Shown: positions 10,261 to 22,730 of the stretch, in pieces
How the letters are laid out: every line of letters begins with the position of its first letter
Numbering within the stretch: the stretch's first letter is position 1
Assembly (NCBI GenBank): GCA_012026655.1
Contig: JAAILG010000027.1
Coordinates: forward strand, 1-64,000
Length of the DNA: 64,000 bases
Direction of reading: 5' to 3'
Source: Hydrolagus affinis
Lineage: Eukaryota
Translations under genes and position numbers: made by a program
The notes under the pieces: model-generated
The model's database searches: none
What the model was told of the DNA's origin: nothing
What the model saw: the letters and a program-made list of their open reading frames with translations, nothing else

Positions 10261-11659
10261 ACAGTTTCAAACCTAAAAGTCCCAGCACTTCGACCATGCC
10301 TTCCTTTGGTCGCCTTCCTTCCTTCCGCCATCTCCCCCCCCCCCCCCTGCAGACATACAGTACATTATTGCTGTACATTCATGTTTATTATATTACACGA
10401 TGTATTACATTCAGTGCATGTAAAATGCCAATGTTGATTCCGGCATCTACCGGATCGTTCTAACCCAAGCCCACTCTTCTCTCGCGATAATGCAGAGTAA
10501 ATATCCCGTCCCATGCTTGAACGTGTTTTCTAATAATCACCCTTGCATTTGAAGTAACATCAACAACTTGCATTTATACAGTGCCTTTTACCCAGGGGAG
10601 CACTTTAACAGTGGCGGAGCCTGACGCCAAGCTTGGGGAGTGAATAGATGACCACAGTAACAATAATGATCCTTGCATTTGATATGCACAGGTATTTGAA
10701 AGGTGCAGCATCTTTCAAGTCTGTAAAGTGTGGTGACTGTATTGCTGGTGTGCCAGCCAATTTGCACATAGCAATGACCTACAAATAACTAAAAAGTGAA
10801 TGATCAATTTTATTTGAGGGATTCCCACAACTAAGGTTTAATGCCTTGTCGTAATATTATAGCTGGGATAGCAATTAGATATAGAATAAACTGAACAATC
10901 ATTTTTTGGTACCATTCCAACAAGTCAGTTATTTTAAGTTTATCATTTCCTTTTTCTGATGCAAAGTATTCTCTCTTCCAGCTATTTCCTAAATTCCTAA
11001 TTTCATAATCTTATTTTGCACTTCTACGGATCCCATAAATTTAAGTTCTGTTTCAATTTATGAATACATAAATGCTTCCCAAACTTGTTGGACTGATTAA
11101 AGTATGGGAAAATGTAATAAACAAATAACACATCATTAGGTTTCTGATATATATATATGCGCTTAAGGAAAGTTTTCCCTCCATATTAATTAACATCAAT
11201 ATCTTTATATTTTCTGGAACCATGCCTCCTAAAAACTGCTCATCACCACCTAAATTCCTACCTAACTTTTTGTTGGTGTCTGATGCATGCGGAAACCCAT
11301 CACTGTATTAAAATCAGAGTTCCATGTATCCCACCTGTAGAAATTCCAAAGGTTTTGTTGGAATGGAATGCGCACTGTCTCCCTGGAGAGTCGCATCCTG
11401 TTTATCTAATTATCCAATTAGTGTAGGTTGGCAAGAGACAAGGCTTGGGGACCCCAGTGTATCTTGGCATATTCCTGGAGCCTAACAAGCTCAAATGCGT
11501 ATCCTACCACTACCCGGCAAGCTTTCCTACTGCTTGTCCAGCTAGGACCATCCAAAAGAAATCTTAAAGAAAAGCATACTTGGAATAATGCTTCCAAAAA
11601 CAACAAAATTACATTTATAGAGCGCCTTTCACATCGGGAGGACGTCCCAAAGCATCTCC

Positions 11660-12040
11660 TCCATATCCCCTCCACAAGCTGCAGATCATCTAGAACTCTG
11701 CAGCGCATGTCCTCTACTGCACCAGACTCTATGACCCCATCATGCTTGCCCATCTCCACCTATTCTAATAGGCTCCCTATTCCCCAGAAGATAGAGTTCA
11801 CAATCGTAGTCCTTACCTTCAAGGCCTTCCCTCCGTAGCCTTCCCCCTCCCTACCACTGTGGCCTGTTGACCCCATATGAACCTGTCACTCCCTCTGCTC
11901 AGCAGACCCTGGCCTGCCCCACTTCCCACAACCAGCCAGCTCCACCATCAGTGGCCAGGCCTTCAGCCTTTCTGCCCCCACCCTAGTGGAACTCTATCCC
12001 ACAGTCTCTTCTCATTCCCTTGTCTTCTTCAAAGTGTTTC
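11660..12040 (+). mobile_element. L2 LINE 3' fragment
   Basis: CACAAGCTGCAGATCATCTAGAACTCTGCAG and LPIPQKIEFTIVVLTFKA, followed by L2 3' sequence. Confidence 0.8.
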
Positions 12041-12461
12041 TCAAATATAAAATATAAAAACAAAAAGTTGTTTGATATATAAAGGCTACACAATAATAAT
12101 AATGAACCAACAATAATAAAGTTGGTCATTTCAATCCACGATTGTTTGTGGGACACCGTTGTGCACAATTGCCTGCCACATTCTGTGAATATTTTGAGAT
12201 GTCAATAAGATATGAAAAGCGCTATATCAAACGCAAAGATTATTATTACACTTTGTTCAGGACTATGGGCATTTTAAAAACTATAATATTCTAATCAACA
12301 GCTGGTAAAAGTTAGCAGGAAGAATGGTTGTGGCAAGACACTGTACACATAAGAAACTGAAAATCTGGTAAAGTTAGTTGGGTCAGTGTTCTGGATTGAG
12401 AGTTCGAATGTGTCTTCACCCTGACTTACCTTATTTATAATAATATAATAAATATTATACT

Positions 12462-12750
12462 TAAGGCTTTCAGCCTCTCTGCCCCCACAATTTGGATCTC
12501 CATTCCACAGTCCCTTCGCCTCGCTTCCTCCCTTGACTCCTTCAAGGCCGGTTTCAAGACCCTCCTCTTTGATCATCCCTTCTGCTGTCCTCCCAAGTCT
12601 CTCCCTCCCCTCCTAACTCCCTCCCCTCCCCTGCCCTCCCCTTTACCCTGCCCCTCCCCTTGCTCGGGTCCCGACCTGACTGTTCACCACCTTGGGACGT
12701 CCTCCCAACGTGAAAGCTGCTCTATAAATGTAATTTTGCTGTTGTTGTAA
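12462..12750 (+). mobile_element. L2 LINE 3' end with C-rich 3'UTR and (TTG)n tail
   Basis: GGCTTTCAGCCTCTCTGCCCCC...CAAGACCCTCCTCTTTGA...GGGACGTCCTCCCAACGTGAAAG...TATAAATGTAATTTTG(TTG)n. Confidence 0.85.
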
Positions 12751-13430
12751 ATAATAATGCCTCATGTAAGAAAATTGCACAGTTCTATACATTAATGCAC
12801 AGTTGAAATAATAAAATCGTAGAAATTTACAGCACAGGAGGAGGCCATTTGGCCCATCAAGTCTGCAAAATTCTCAGGAAAATTCAATCAAACTGATTCT
12901 ACCACCTTATCCATGTCCTAACAATTCTAAAAATTCTCCTAAGGTCTTGTTTCACTACCTGGCATCAGGTAGTGAAACTATTATTAGTTACCCTTAATTA
13001 GCTGCTCCCCATTTACTCCGCTGTTGCATTTTGAGGCTCCCTGAGTAGGCCATTGTTTTAAAGTTTTCAGAGTACACTGACTATGAAACCAATCCCAATC
13101 TCAGACTAATAAAGGTACTAAAACAGAGCATTATTATTCTTATATTAATCCTCTACTGCTAAATTAAATGTTTAAGATCTGCGTACTTTGTTGTCCTTTC
13201 ATCCCTCTTCTCTTATTTTATTAATTTGGCTTTGATTTGACATCATTTCTAATTTTATAATGTAGATTGATACATTTTTCAATTCTTTTGGATCCCACCA
13301 TCCAGTTAATTGAGATCTGGAGTGTGAAGATCAATATGTTGTGATTTAGACACAGAAGCACCTTTTGACACATTAGTCCAGTAATTTAACTTTTCGGTCT
13401 TCAGTTACATGTGCAAAACCAAATACAGTA

Positions 13431-13637
13431 CAGTAAAAGCCTGTTTATCCGTGACCCATATAACCGCAACTTCCATATAACCAGCACCGCAAAAAAAGTC
13501 TGCATTCGATTAATCGGAATTTATCCGGAAAAATGCATTACAAGATTTTTTGGGGGGCGTTTCCACCGAATATTTGGCAGGCGCTTTAACCAGCATTGGT
13601 CAGGTCCCGAGGGTGCCGGATAAACAGACTTTTACTG
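13431..13637. mobile_element. Tigger/pogo-like MITE (207 bp)
   Basis: 21-bp TIRs CAGTAAAAGCCTGTTTATCCG / CGGATAAACAGACTTTTACTG (1 mismatch), flanked by TA at 13429-13430 and 13638-13639. Confidence 0.9.
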
Positions 13638-13664
13638 TAATTAGCTGACAATGGTAATATATGT

Positions 13665-13878
13665 TAAAAGCCTGTTTATCCGGCACCCGATCAATTGCAA
13701 CTTCCGTATAACCTGCATCGCAAAAAAAAGTCCGTATTCGATTAACCGGAATTTATCCGGAAAAATGCATTAACTTTTTTTTAAAAATTAAAAATTGAGT
13801 TTTCGGCAGAATATCCGGCATGCGCTTTAATTGGCATTGGCCAGATCCTGAGGGTGCCAGATCAACGGGCTTTTACTG
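13665..13878. mobile_element. Second tandem copy of the same MITE
   Basis: Colinear with 13431-13637; right TIR ...GGGCTTTTACTG followed by TA; left TIR slightly eroded. Confidence 0.85.
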
Positions 13879-14058
13879 TATATCTATACATTAACACACT
13901 ATATTCAGTCCTCATCATACTGAAACATTATGAACCGTGGTGATTGTTATTAAACAAAACTGTACCACCATTGTCCCACTAATAACAATGAAATAATATT
14001 GACTAAATGTTATGATGTTGCCTGTTCTTTTTCTTAAAAAATAATAATAATACTTGCT

Positions 14059-14240
14059 TTCTGTGAAGCACTTTGAGATGTCTAGAAAACATGAAAAGCA
14101 CTATATCAAAAATACAGGAATTATTATTATTTGATATAGTGCTTTTCACGTCTTCTAGACATCTTAAAGCGTTTCACAGAATATGCTGAAAAGTGAATTG
14201 ACTGTATTTTGTGGGCGAAACGCGGCCGCCAATTGCGCAC
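14059..14240. repeat. Tail-to-tail pair of SINE 3' fragments forming a 52-bp inverted repeat
   Basis: 14059-14110 is the reverse complement of 14130-14181 at 47/52 positions; the minus copy continues to ~14240. Confidence 0.9.
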
Positions 14241-15387
14241 AGCAGTGACCCACAAACAGTCGTGGATTGAAATTTATTATTAGGATGGAGAGCAAACAGT
14301 AGGGAGGGCATTCTGGAAAGAACAGGTTTCTTCACTGTTTAATGGAAACAAAATGCAAAAAACGCCTTAATGTACCTGAATTACCAGACAGCTGAAACTT
14401 CAGTTTAATGATGCAAACAAGATGGAATCTTCAGTGCTCTCAGCCCCTATCTCCCCTTACCTGAAATAAGATCTAAAGTTCATAATACTTGATCCTAGGT
14501 CTTGATAGATTTTTGTTGAACCCTCCTTCGAACTTTTCTGTCCTGTTTCCCCCATTCTTAATTTTTGATTGGTACACTATATATATTTAATATGATCTTC
14601 CACCTTTAGACAGCTGCAGAGAGTAAACTTAATGCATATTAGTTTATTGAAACCACAAATCTAAATATATACAGTATATAAATAATTGATAGTAATCAAG
14701 AAAGAAATCCTCTGACCTGCTGGCTTTATGATGTTTTTTTTCTTAACCATGCCCCTTTTTTGCTCCCTTTGAAACTCCATTGTTGTGAGGAGAGCAAAGA
14801 GTGATTATAATTTTTCACAAGTGGAGGAACACTGTGCTGAAATAAACTGGATTTGATTTTGGTGTCCAGCAAGGAGTGCAAGTAATATCTTCCACCTGGA
14901 TATAAATAGTGGGAGCATTATCAATTCTTGGTCTCAAGGGCAGATTGCAAATTACCCAATGTCTATGCATAGGAAACATAAAATACAAGAACCACTTTTT
15001 ATGTTTGACCAGGAAAGTGTTGTGAGTCCCTATTTAGCATCTCTATGCAAGTTGCACATGGTAAATATGCACACACATTGTAACTTTTAGTGCACATTAT
15101 TGTCCATGTGATAGTGTTTTGGGTCAGTGCCAAATGTGGTCATTATCCAGATATTCGAATGAGAGGAATCTGATTTTGTGTGTGAATGTAGATCCCAGAC
15201 ACTGTTATTTGTCTTTAACCGTTGTTTTCCCTGTTGTAAATTTTTTTCCAAATATGATGAAGTTTCTCTTTGTGACACAGTAAACATGTTGTTTCATATT
15301 TAGTTATTATATGCCATAACTGATTACTGCCATTTAAATGATTACATACAATCAATATGGACATACACCTGAAGCTCAGTGGTTCAT

Positions 15388-15680
15388 GGAGCTCCTGCAG
15401 CTCAGTGGTTAGATCACTCGCCTTACAAGTGTGAGACCTGTGTTTGAATACTGGCAGATCAGGGCAAAACCTTGGGACAAATTTCATCACTCCACAGGCC
15501 TAATAATAATCCGTCCAAAAAAAACCATAATAATAAACATTGGTCATTTCAATCCACGACTGTTTGTGAGACACTGCTGTGCACAATTGGCTGCTGTGTT
15601 TCGCCTTATTCTGTGAAGCACTTTGAGATGTCGATAAGATGTGAAAAGCGCTATATCAAATGCAAGGATTATTATTATTA
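15388..15680 (+). mobile_element. Full-length tRNA-derived SINE (major family)
   Basis: GGAGCTCCTGCAGCTCAGTGGTTAG head through the AAATGCAAGG(ATT)n tail. Confidence 0.9.
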
Positions 15681-18600
15681 CTGATGTGAAAGGCGCCACT
15701 ATAAGCACAATTTGTTGTTCGTGGTATTGTTGTTCATTCTTTGGGCTTAAAGCACTTTTTTCCTTAATTCAGAGCTTTGCGCAGGTTTTCAACAATACTT
15801 TCAGTTTTACGTTGGATATCTTTTATATTTATGCAGTACCTTTCATGTTGGAAGGATGTCTCAATTTGCTTCACAGAATGATTTGGAAGCCCAAGCAGAG
15901 ATTGGTAGATGGTAGGGTGGTTAAGCCATAATACAACCTTTAGAGAACCCATGAATATGACTGGTATGGGAACCAACAGAAGGTACACTCTGGTTCTCAT
16001 TTAAATCTCTTTCCACCATCAATCAACTGGCTGTTTGAAAATTCAAGTACTGTACTATGAGCCGTGTGTGATTGCAGTGGTGTGTTCAGTCCTGTATCTG
16101 AGACAAATGGTTGTCGTATTAACAAAAACAACAAAATTTGTATAGTGCCATTCACATCAGGGGGACATCCGTCCCAAGGGGCTAGACTGTCATTGTCTAG
16201 ACTGAGGTATCAGTGCAATATTGAGGAAGTCTTTATTGCATTGTCAAGGTGCTGTATTTCAGATGAGATAGTAAAATCCAGCTCCTGTCTTCATATTCAA
16301 GTGGGCAGAAACTATTTGAGAAGGGAATTTCTTCCAGAGTCCTTGCCAACATTCCTACTGTTTGTAGCACTTTGCCATCTGCAAATTGCCTTCATCGTCA
16401 CTATACTTAACAGTAATTGTAAGTAAAACATTTTGAACCTTCCATTAGGAGGTAGCAATCTAAAAATACGGGATCAGTCTTTCATGAGTTCACCAAGTTC
16501 CAAATTCTGCTCTATTGCTAACTATCTTAAAAGTGGTATGCACTCAAGTACTCTGCGTGTGTGTTATATGAACAAACCAATACTTATTAACTCTGCAAAA
16601 TTGCTTGTACTTTCAACCCTTCCTTTCAATTCTTCCTGCTTGGTTGCTTTGTCTCCTCTACCTCTGACATATTGAAATACCCTGTAACTTTTATGATTCC
16701 CTTTTACCTCTCTTACTTAGCTGCGGAGCTCCTTAACTGTTTTATCCTCAGACTGACAATTGCCAATTGTTCCTTTTCCTTATTTCAAATTTCTAATGAA
16801 ATTGCTTTTGCAGTTTTTCTGCTATTGCATGTTTCCTTTCAATTGTCATGTTACCCCTTGCCAATAAGGCCACTCATCAGCCTGGCTCAAAAGGACTGAT
16901 TTTTCAAAACATTTTCTACCCAATTAACTGCATCTCTTTTTCATCTACTTGTATCCAGTTCCTGGCTACCAATAATGATATGTTTGTAAGCTGTGCTGAC
17001 TATTTACTTCTGTAATGCATTAGACTGCTCCTGTCAAATCAACTTTAAATAAATTCCAATTATTATTTCTCTATGTTTTGTGCTAAAACCCTAGGTACCA
17101 ATTAGATTCAATGTATACCATCCTTCCAAAATATTGTTTTTTCTTTTGTACACACTTATTCATCAATTGTGAATGTGCTTATTCCTTTCATTCTGTTTCG
17201 TATCACTGGAATTAACAAGTATCCCCTTAATCTTTTTACCTTTTTAAACATACCTTTGCATTCAATCTTCTTGACCCTGATATGAGAATGTGAGTAAGCA
17301 GGTTTAAAAATCACATAATATCCTGTCCTGGCAGCCTAATTTTTAGTTCAACTGTAAGCATACAAACTAAATAATAGCCACAACAACAACAATATTACAC
17401 TTTTATATCACCTTTCACGTCAGGTGGCCGTCCCGAGGCACTTTCATGTTTGAGACCTTCTGTTATCTCCCATTCTGCCGCCATCTACCCCCTTCACGGT
17501 CCCCACCCTACCTGTCCCATTATCACCAAGCTATTCTATATTTCTGCTATTCTGTGGTTGGAACTCTATATGTCCAACTCATGCCCTCCCTATGTTCAAA
17601 GACATGCCTCTTTGACTGCTCTTTCAGTCATCTTTCCTATCCCCAACCTCAACTCTCACCTTCAATCTGAATTCCCAGTCAGCTTCGAGACATTCTCCCA
17701 ACTTCAAAGTCATTATATAAATGTAAATTTGATGTTATCACTTGCAGGTCATTTTTATAGCTTAAAAAATAATGTGATGGCAATACAGTGGTGCGCTTTT
17801 TTAATGATTGACAATATCTTATGGAGTTCGAGAGGCAGTTTTTTGATCTCTCATGATTTCAGCAACATGTTTGATGCTGTGTAAGCTTGCAACTGTGGGG
17901 ATATACCAAGCAAGCAGAGAGGCATATAATCTCCAGGACAGTATCAAATCAGTCTCAAGTAACTAAGGTGCAGTTTGGAAATAGCTTGGCCATTTAGGCA
18001 GTGTGGCATATGATATAAATAGGAAAATAGGTGGGGGAGAAGTTTACTGCAAATAGACAGGACCACCCAATTATTTTTCAAACTGGCATATTTTCCAGAT
18101 ATCAGGTCTGGCACAAAAACAGCACCTCGTTTAGTCGACCTCCTACACTTTTTCTAATTAGGTAGCCAATTTTCAAAATAAATTTTCCAGGTGAGTTTTG
18201 AAGCAGTGAATTTTGCTTAGTACTGTACCTTTAACAGTTCAGAAATTATTATATCCCTTTCTTACCATGCATAACCTCAGTTTTGTTTAAAATTTAGTAT
18301 AAAATAGCAATAATCATGACGTACTATTTGTGGACTATCATAGAACAGAAAATGACAAAAGGAAACCAGGTTTGTCCATAGGCTTAAAGCTTTGTAAATT
18401 TAGATGCCAAATATTTAAAGGGAAAAGTTATTGACAGAAGACTCTAATGGTAATATGTTTCCTGGTTCGTCTGGGGAACTTGTCAATAGAAATGTAGCTA
18501 TTGATAGAAGCCTGTGGGAGATGTCGTTCTGCCTGCCTTACATCTGTGTGATCCTCTAAATCATAACTACATTAATATTGACAAGACCCTGACAATAGCC

Positions 18601-19564
18601 ACATTACTATTGATAGGTTTCTGTCAATAATATGTTCCCAAATAAAATGTATTAATTCATAATTTGTAAACTACTCAATAACTGCATTGACAAAAAAATA
18701 CCAAGGGAAGTTCCTACTCCCACAGTGATCTAGCATTATAATTTGTCTTCGTTCCAAAATACTGTATATATTTTTAATGCATTACTAGCAGCAATTGTAG
18801 TTGATACAGCAAACTGAAGTATAAAGGATCATGAAAACTACACAAAGTTCTGCAGTAAGGTTTTGCTTCAATTATTGGGCAGACTCGTCCTAGTTCTGTT
18901 TTCACTTTTGTACCTGAATGCTAAAAACAAGAGAAAATATTTTTCTGTTCATGACAAATAAAAATCTTAAATATTAGGTTTAATAATTTACAGGTATTAA
19001 CCTACTCTAGTGAGGTTTTGAAGACCCACATTACATGGAACGTAATGTTACAGTGAATACAAATTAGCACACATTTTGGAAATCAAACCCTCAATCTCTG
19101 CTCACAATTATAATCACAGACAATGTTCAGCAAGTGACTTTTTCTATTCTCTTGGTATGAAAAGAATGGTTCAGTGGGTTGCTACACTGTACTTCTGAGG
19201 AGGATTAAAACTACAGAGGGTTACTGTTGCATATTACGTCTTTGAAACACAGCAACACAGATTTTTACAGTGAATTGTAGTGATTCCTCAGCAGGCCTAA
19301 CTGACTCCCAGCAGATTCATTTCAAAGTCCTCAGTATTGCCCATCAATCACTTTGTGCCGTAGCACCTCCCTGTCTCTGATCTTCTCCTACCCGACTGAT
19401 TGGATTTGGCTGTGATACCCAGCCTCACTTTACTGATGCTTTTCCACCCTACACCATTTAATAATAATAATAATAATAATCCTTGCATGTGACATAGCGC
19501 TTTTCACATTTTCTAGACGTCTCAAAGCACTTCACAGAATGTAATGTAAAGTGAATTGACTATA

Positions 19565-20469
19565 CAGGTATCCCTCCCCAACCGCGGGGGATACATTCCT
19601 GTAAACCTTCGTGGTTGGAAAAATCGCAGTTGGAAAATGAAGGGCCCTATGGGAAACACGGGGATACGGGGAGTAAATTCATTTTTTTGCGATTGGGAAA
19701 TGCAGAGCCCTATGCGAAACATGGGGATACGGGGAGTAAAACTAAACACAAAAAACACATACAGATATAACATAGGGGATAGGGGGAGTAAGTTTGAGCG
19801 CATTGGTTGCCAAGATCTGCAGCTCCGCTACAGAGAGAGAGACACGGGGGGCTGGGAGGTAGGGGAGTGACACTGAGGGCTGGGGGTGGGGGGGGGTGAC
19901 ACGGAGGGCTGGGGATGACACGGAGGGCTGGGGGGGGTGGGGTGGTGACACGGAGGGCTGGAGGGGGGTAACACGGAGGGCTGGGAGGACTGGAGGAGGT
20001 GAGAGAGAAGTGGGTGTGGGGTGGGGGAAAAGAGAACTTACAGATAAAGAGATCTGCAGATCCTGGCAGCCAATGCTCCCAAACTTACTAGCTAGGCTGC
20101 GGAGAAGCGACAATAAATTCATGTTACTGTATTTACCTTAATCTTAATAGAGAAGCGATGTCGCTGGTTGCAACATCACAAACTGGGTCCTAGTGCTATA
20201 CGCTAGCTGTTCGCACACACACAGTACCTGTAGATCCACGAGTGCAGCTAGACCATGTGGGGTAGTAAAGATGCTGATAGGTGGGAAATGCGGAGTGGAT
20301 GAATACACACCATTACGCGGATGAATGCAGTCCCTTGTTTGGAGGAGTGAAACTTGAAAATTTAAATCGCGGACGAGCAAAACGCGGTTTGCAAGGGTTG
20401 TCGCATTTAGCAAACCATGGATGCGTGAGTTTCATAGTTGGCAAGGCCGCAATTGGGGCAGGATACCTG
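19565..20469. mobile_element. Tc1/mariner-superfamily (Tigger-like) non-autonomous DNA transposon, ~905 bp
   Basis: TIRs CAGGTATCCCTCCCCAACCGCGG / CCGCAATTGGGGCAGGATACCTG, TA duplication at 19563-19564 and 20470-20471, no transposase ORF. Confidence 0.85.
19845..20030 (+). repeat. G-rich minisatellite (unit ~TGACACGGAGGGCTGG+Gn) inside the MITE
   Basis: About 5-6 copies of GACACGGAGGGCTGG separated by G-runs. Confidence 0.9.
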
Positions 20470-21012
20470 TACTGTATATATACACATATATATCGGTGAA
20501 ATGCGGTAGCCAATTGCGCCCAGCAGTGTTCCACAAATAGTTGTGGATTGAAATTACCAATTTATTATTATTTTTTTTTAGGGATTATTATTAGGTGTAT
20601 GGAGTAAAGAAACTTGCCCAAGATTTCGTCCTGTCTGGAATTGAACCCAGAACTCTCGCTCGTAAAGGGAGTTAGAAGCGCTCTGAGACACCATCCGGCG
20701 TGGAGGGCGCTATATAAATCGAAGTTGTTGTTGTTTAACCACTGAGCTACAGGACACCTAATAGCAGGTGAGATATCAAATGTTTGGGTGAGTTATGTTG
20801 CTTGTAGAACCATATCCCACCACAATTCACTGCATTCAGCTGAGAAGGGGAAATAGTATTTTCAAGGTGGTAGCAATGTACAAATATATATTATTATGCA
20901 CACATACACACGCATGCTTCAAATAATCATCCTATTAGGATTTGTAGACTGCATCCAACACAAATGGATGAAGTAAAAGCATGGATTGTTTCTATGTTTT
21001 TTAGGTGCCAAC

Positions 21013-21918
21013 ATGGATTCGAAACAAGATGACTCAACCTCCCTCCCTCCAGTACTGAGAATAAGTCAACTGGATGCTTTTGAGCTGGATAGAGCATTGG
21101 AACAGCTAATGTGGTCCAAGTTTGCCAGGTGCTTTCAGTGTTTCAAACCTGGTTTGTTAACGCGCTATGAACCAGAGCTGAAAGGCTCTCTGCAGCTTCT
21201 GTTATGGAGATTTACAGTCTTTTCCCAAAATGCAACAGTTGGTCAGGCACTTTTAAATATCAGATACAAAAATGACTTATCTCGAGGACAAAAGTACAAG
21301 CCGATGAGTAAACATCAGAAGTTATGGTATGCGCTATGCACTGTCGGGGGAAAATGGCTGGAAGAGAGACTTCATGACTTATTCAGCAATCGTTCTCCAG
21401 AGTCAGCTATTCACAAGATGAAATATTTCATTACTTTCATAGTTGGATTTTTGAAAGTGGCCGGACTGCTGAATTTTCTCATCTTTCTGCAGAAGGGTAG
21501 GTTTGCCACATTTCCAGAACGACTCCTGGGGATTAGAGCAGTTTTCTCCAGACCTCAGGGTGCACGTCAAGTTGGTTTTGAATACATGAATCGAGAACTG
21601 TTGTGGCACGGTTTTGCTGAGTTTCTGATATTTCTCTTGCCACTTGTAAACACAAGGAAATTGAAAACCACAATCTCTTCCTGGTTTCTTCCAGTACATG
21701 ATCGCCGAGAAAATGATGGCACTCTTGCGAGACACTGCAAAGAATGTACCCTTTGTGGGGAATGGCCAACTATGCCTCACACTATTGGCTGTAGACATGT
21801 GTTTTGTTATTACTGTATTAAAAGCAACTCTCTGTCTGATGCTTACTTCACCTGCCCAAAATGCAGCAGTGAAGTCCATAATGTGTTACCTTTGAAACAT
21901 GAAGTTCAGACTAATTAA
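21013..21918 (+). CDS. PEX2: Peroxisome biogenesis factor 2 (peroxin-2, RING E3 ligase), 301 aa, single coding exon
   Basis: Pex2/Pex12 N-terminal motif [13 protein letters not shown]; [24 protein letters not shown]; C3HC4 RING (CTLC...CRH.FCYYC...CPKC). Acceptor ttttttag|G at 21004/21005, 8 nt before the ATG. Convergent with ZFHX4 as in other vertebrates. Confidence 0.98.
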   Translation: MDSKQDDSTSLPPVLRISQLDAFELDRALEQLMWSKFARCFQCFKPGLLTRYEPELKGSLQLLLWRFTVFSQNATVGQALLNIRYKNDLSRGQKYKPMSKHQKLWYALCTVGGKWLEERLHDLFSNRSPESAIHKMKYFITFIVGFLKVAGLLNFLIFLQKGRFATFPERLLGIRAVFSRPQGARQVGFEYMNRELLWHGFAEFLIFLLPLVNTRKLKTTISSWFLPVHDRRENDGTLARHCKECTLCGEWPTMPHTIGCRHVFCYYCIKSNSLSDAYFTCPKCSSEVHNVLPLKHEVQTN

Positions 21919-22339
21919 GATATTCAAACACTGTATGTACAAGCTTCACATTTGCAAATTGAAGATTTTCTCAACCAGCTCCTTAAAATTATGATGTGGA
22001 GAATTACCTTTTCCCTGCTTTGGTGTTAAGACTAAATTGCTTAGTAAATGCTTCTTTATTACTGATTACAGTGTGTCCTTTTGTGTTCTAGACAACTAAT
22101 CTACACAATGCCTAAATAGATGAATGAAATTTAGCATAATGGTATTGCCAAATGACTTGCATTAATGGTCTGTTCCAAACTGAAGTAAAGTCATTTGTTT
22201 CAATTAACTTCAGGTCCCCTGTCTCAAAATGACTAAATTTCATCAGTAGCATATGGAAATTCTGCAACCAATTCCCTCAAATACATTCTAACCCCCCTTT
22301 ATTCCACCTACAACATGAATCTATAAATTTCCACAAAAC

Positions 22340-22730
22340 AGGTGCATTGTCAGAGATGGAAGTCCTTTGAGACATTAAATTGAGGACCTGTCTGCCTTTA
22401 CAAGTGGATGTTAAAGACCCCATGGCAATATCTGAAACGAGAAGGAGCTTCTAACTGTCCTGGCCAACACATGTTCTAAATAAAAACAAGTTGTTCATCC
22501 CACAATCGTTTGTGCCATTGGTGTCGATGTGGAGTTGAAATAAGATAGCTCAAATCCCCTTCTTCCAGTACCGAGAATAAGTCAGCTAGATGCTTTTGAG
22601 CTGGATGGAGCATTGGAACAACCAACGTAGTCCCAGTTTAAAAATAATGGATTGTTCAGTTCAAAGATTGCCACTACATTTGCCAGAAAATCAGTAAAAT
22701 TTGTAAGATGTTTAAATGTGAAAAGGCACT
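22340..22730 (+). mobile_element. Deu-domain SINE remnant interrupted by a PEX2-derived fragment
   Basis: TGAGACATTAAATTGAGG...GTGGATGTTAAAGACCCCATGGCA...TGTCCTGGCCAA core; tail-like sequence resumes after 22640. Confidence 0.6.
22520..22639 (+). pseudogene. Degenerate 120-nt duplicate of the start of the PEX2 coding exon
   Basis: Ungapped alignment to 21004-21123 at 97/120 identity by manual count; ATG changed to GTG and Trp TGG changed to TAG. Confidence 0.92.

Larger units (their letters stand above)
19459..20758 (-). mobile_element. Major-family SINE split by a nested MITE (19565-20469) and an L2 tail (~20676-20735)
   Basis: SINE tail 19459-19562 and body/head ~20472-20758 are colinear with intact copies once the inserts are removed. 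Confidence 0.85.

Noticed and set aside
19845-20030. Repeat-spacer-like pattern resembling a CRISPR array
   Set aside because: Eukaryotic context, spacers are only G-runs, and no cas genes; it is a minisatellite.
20986-21012. N-terminal extension MFLCFLGAN of the PEX2 ORF
   Set aside because: Starts at TTG in the polypyrimidine tract upstream of the acceptor (21004/21005); the real start is ATG 21013.
21403-21879. 158-aa antisense ORF over PEX2 (and antisense ORFs over ZFHX4)
   Set aside because: Shadow frames of real coding sequence.
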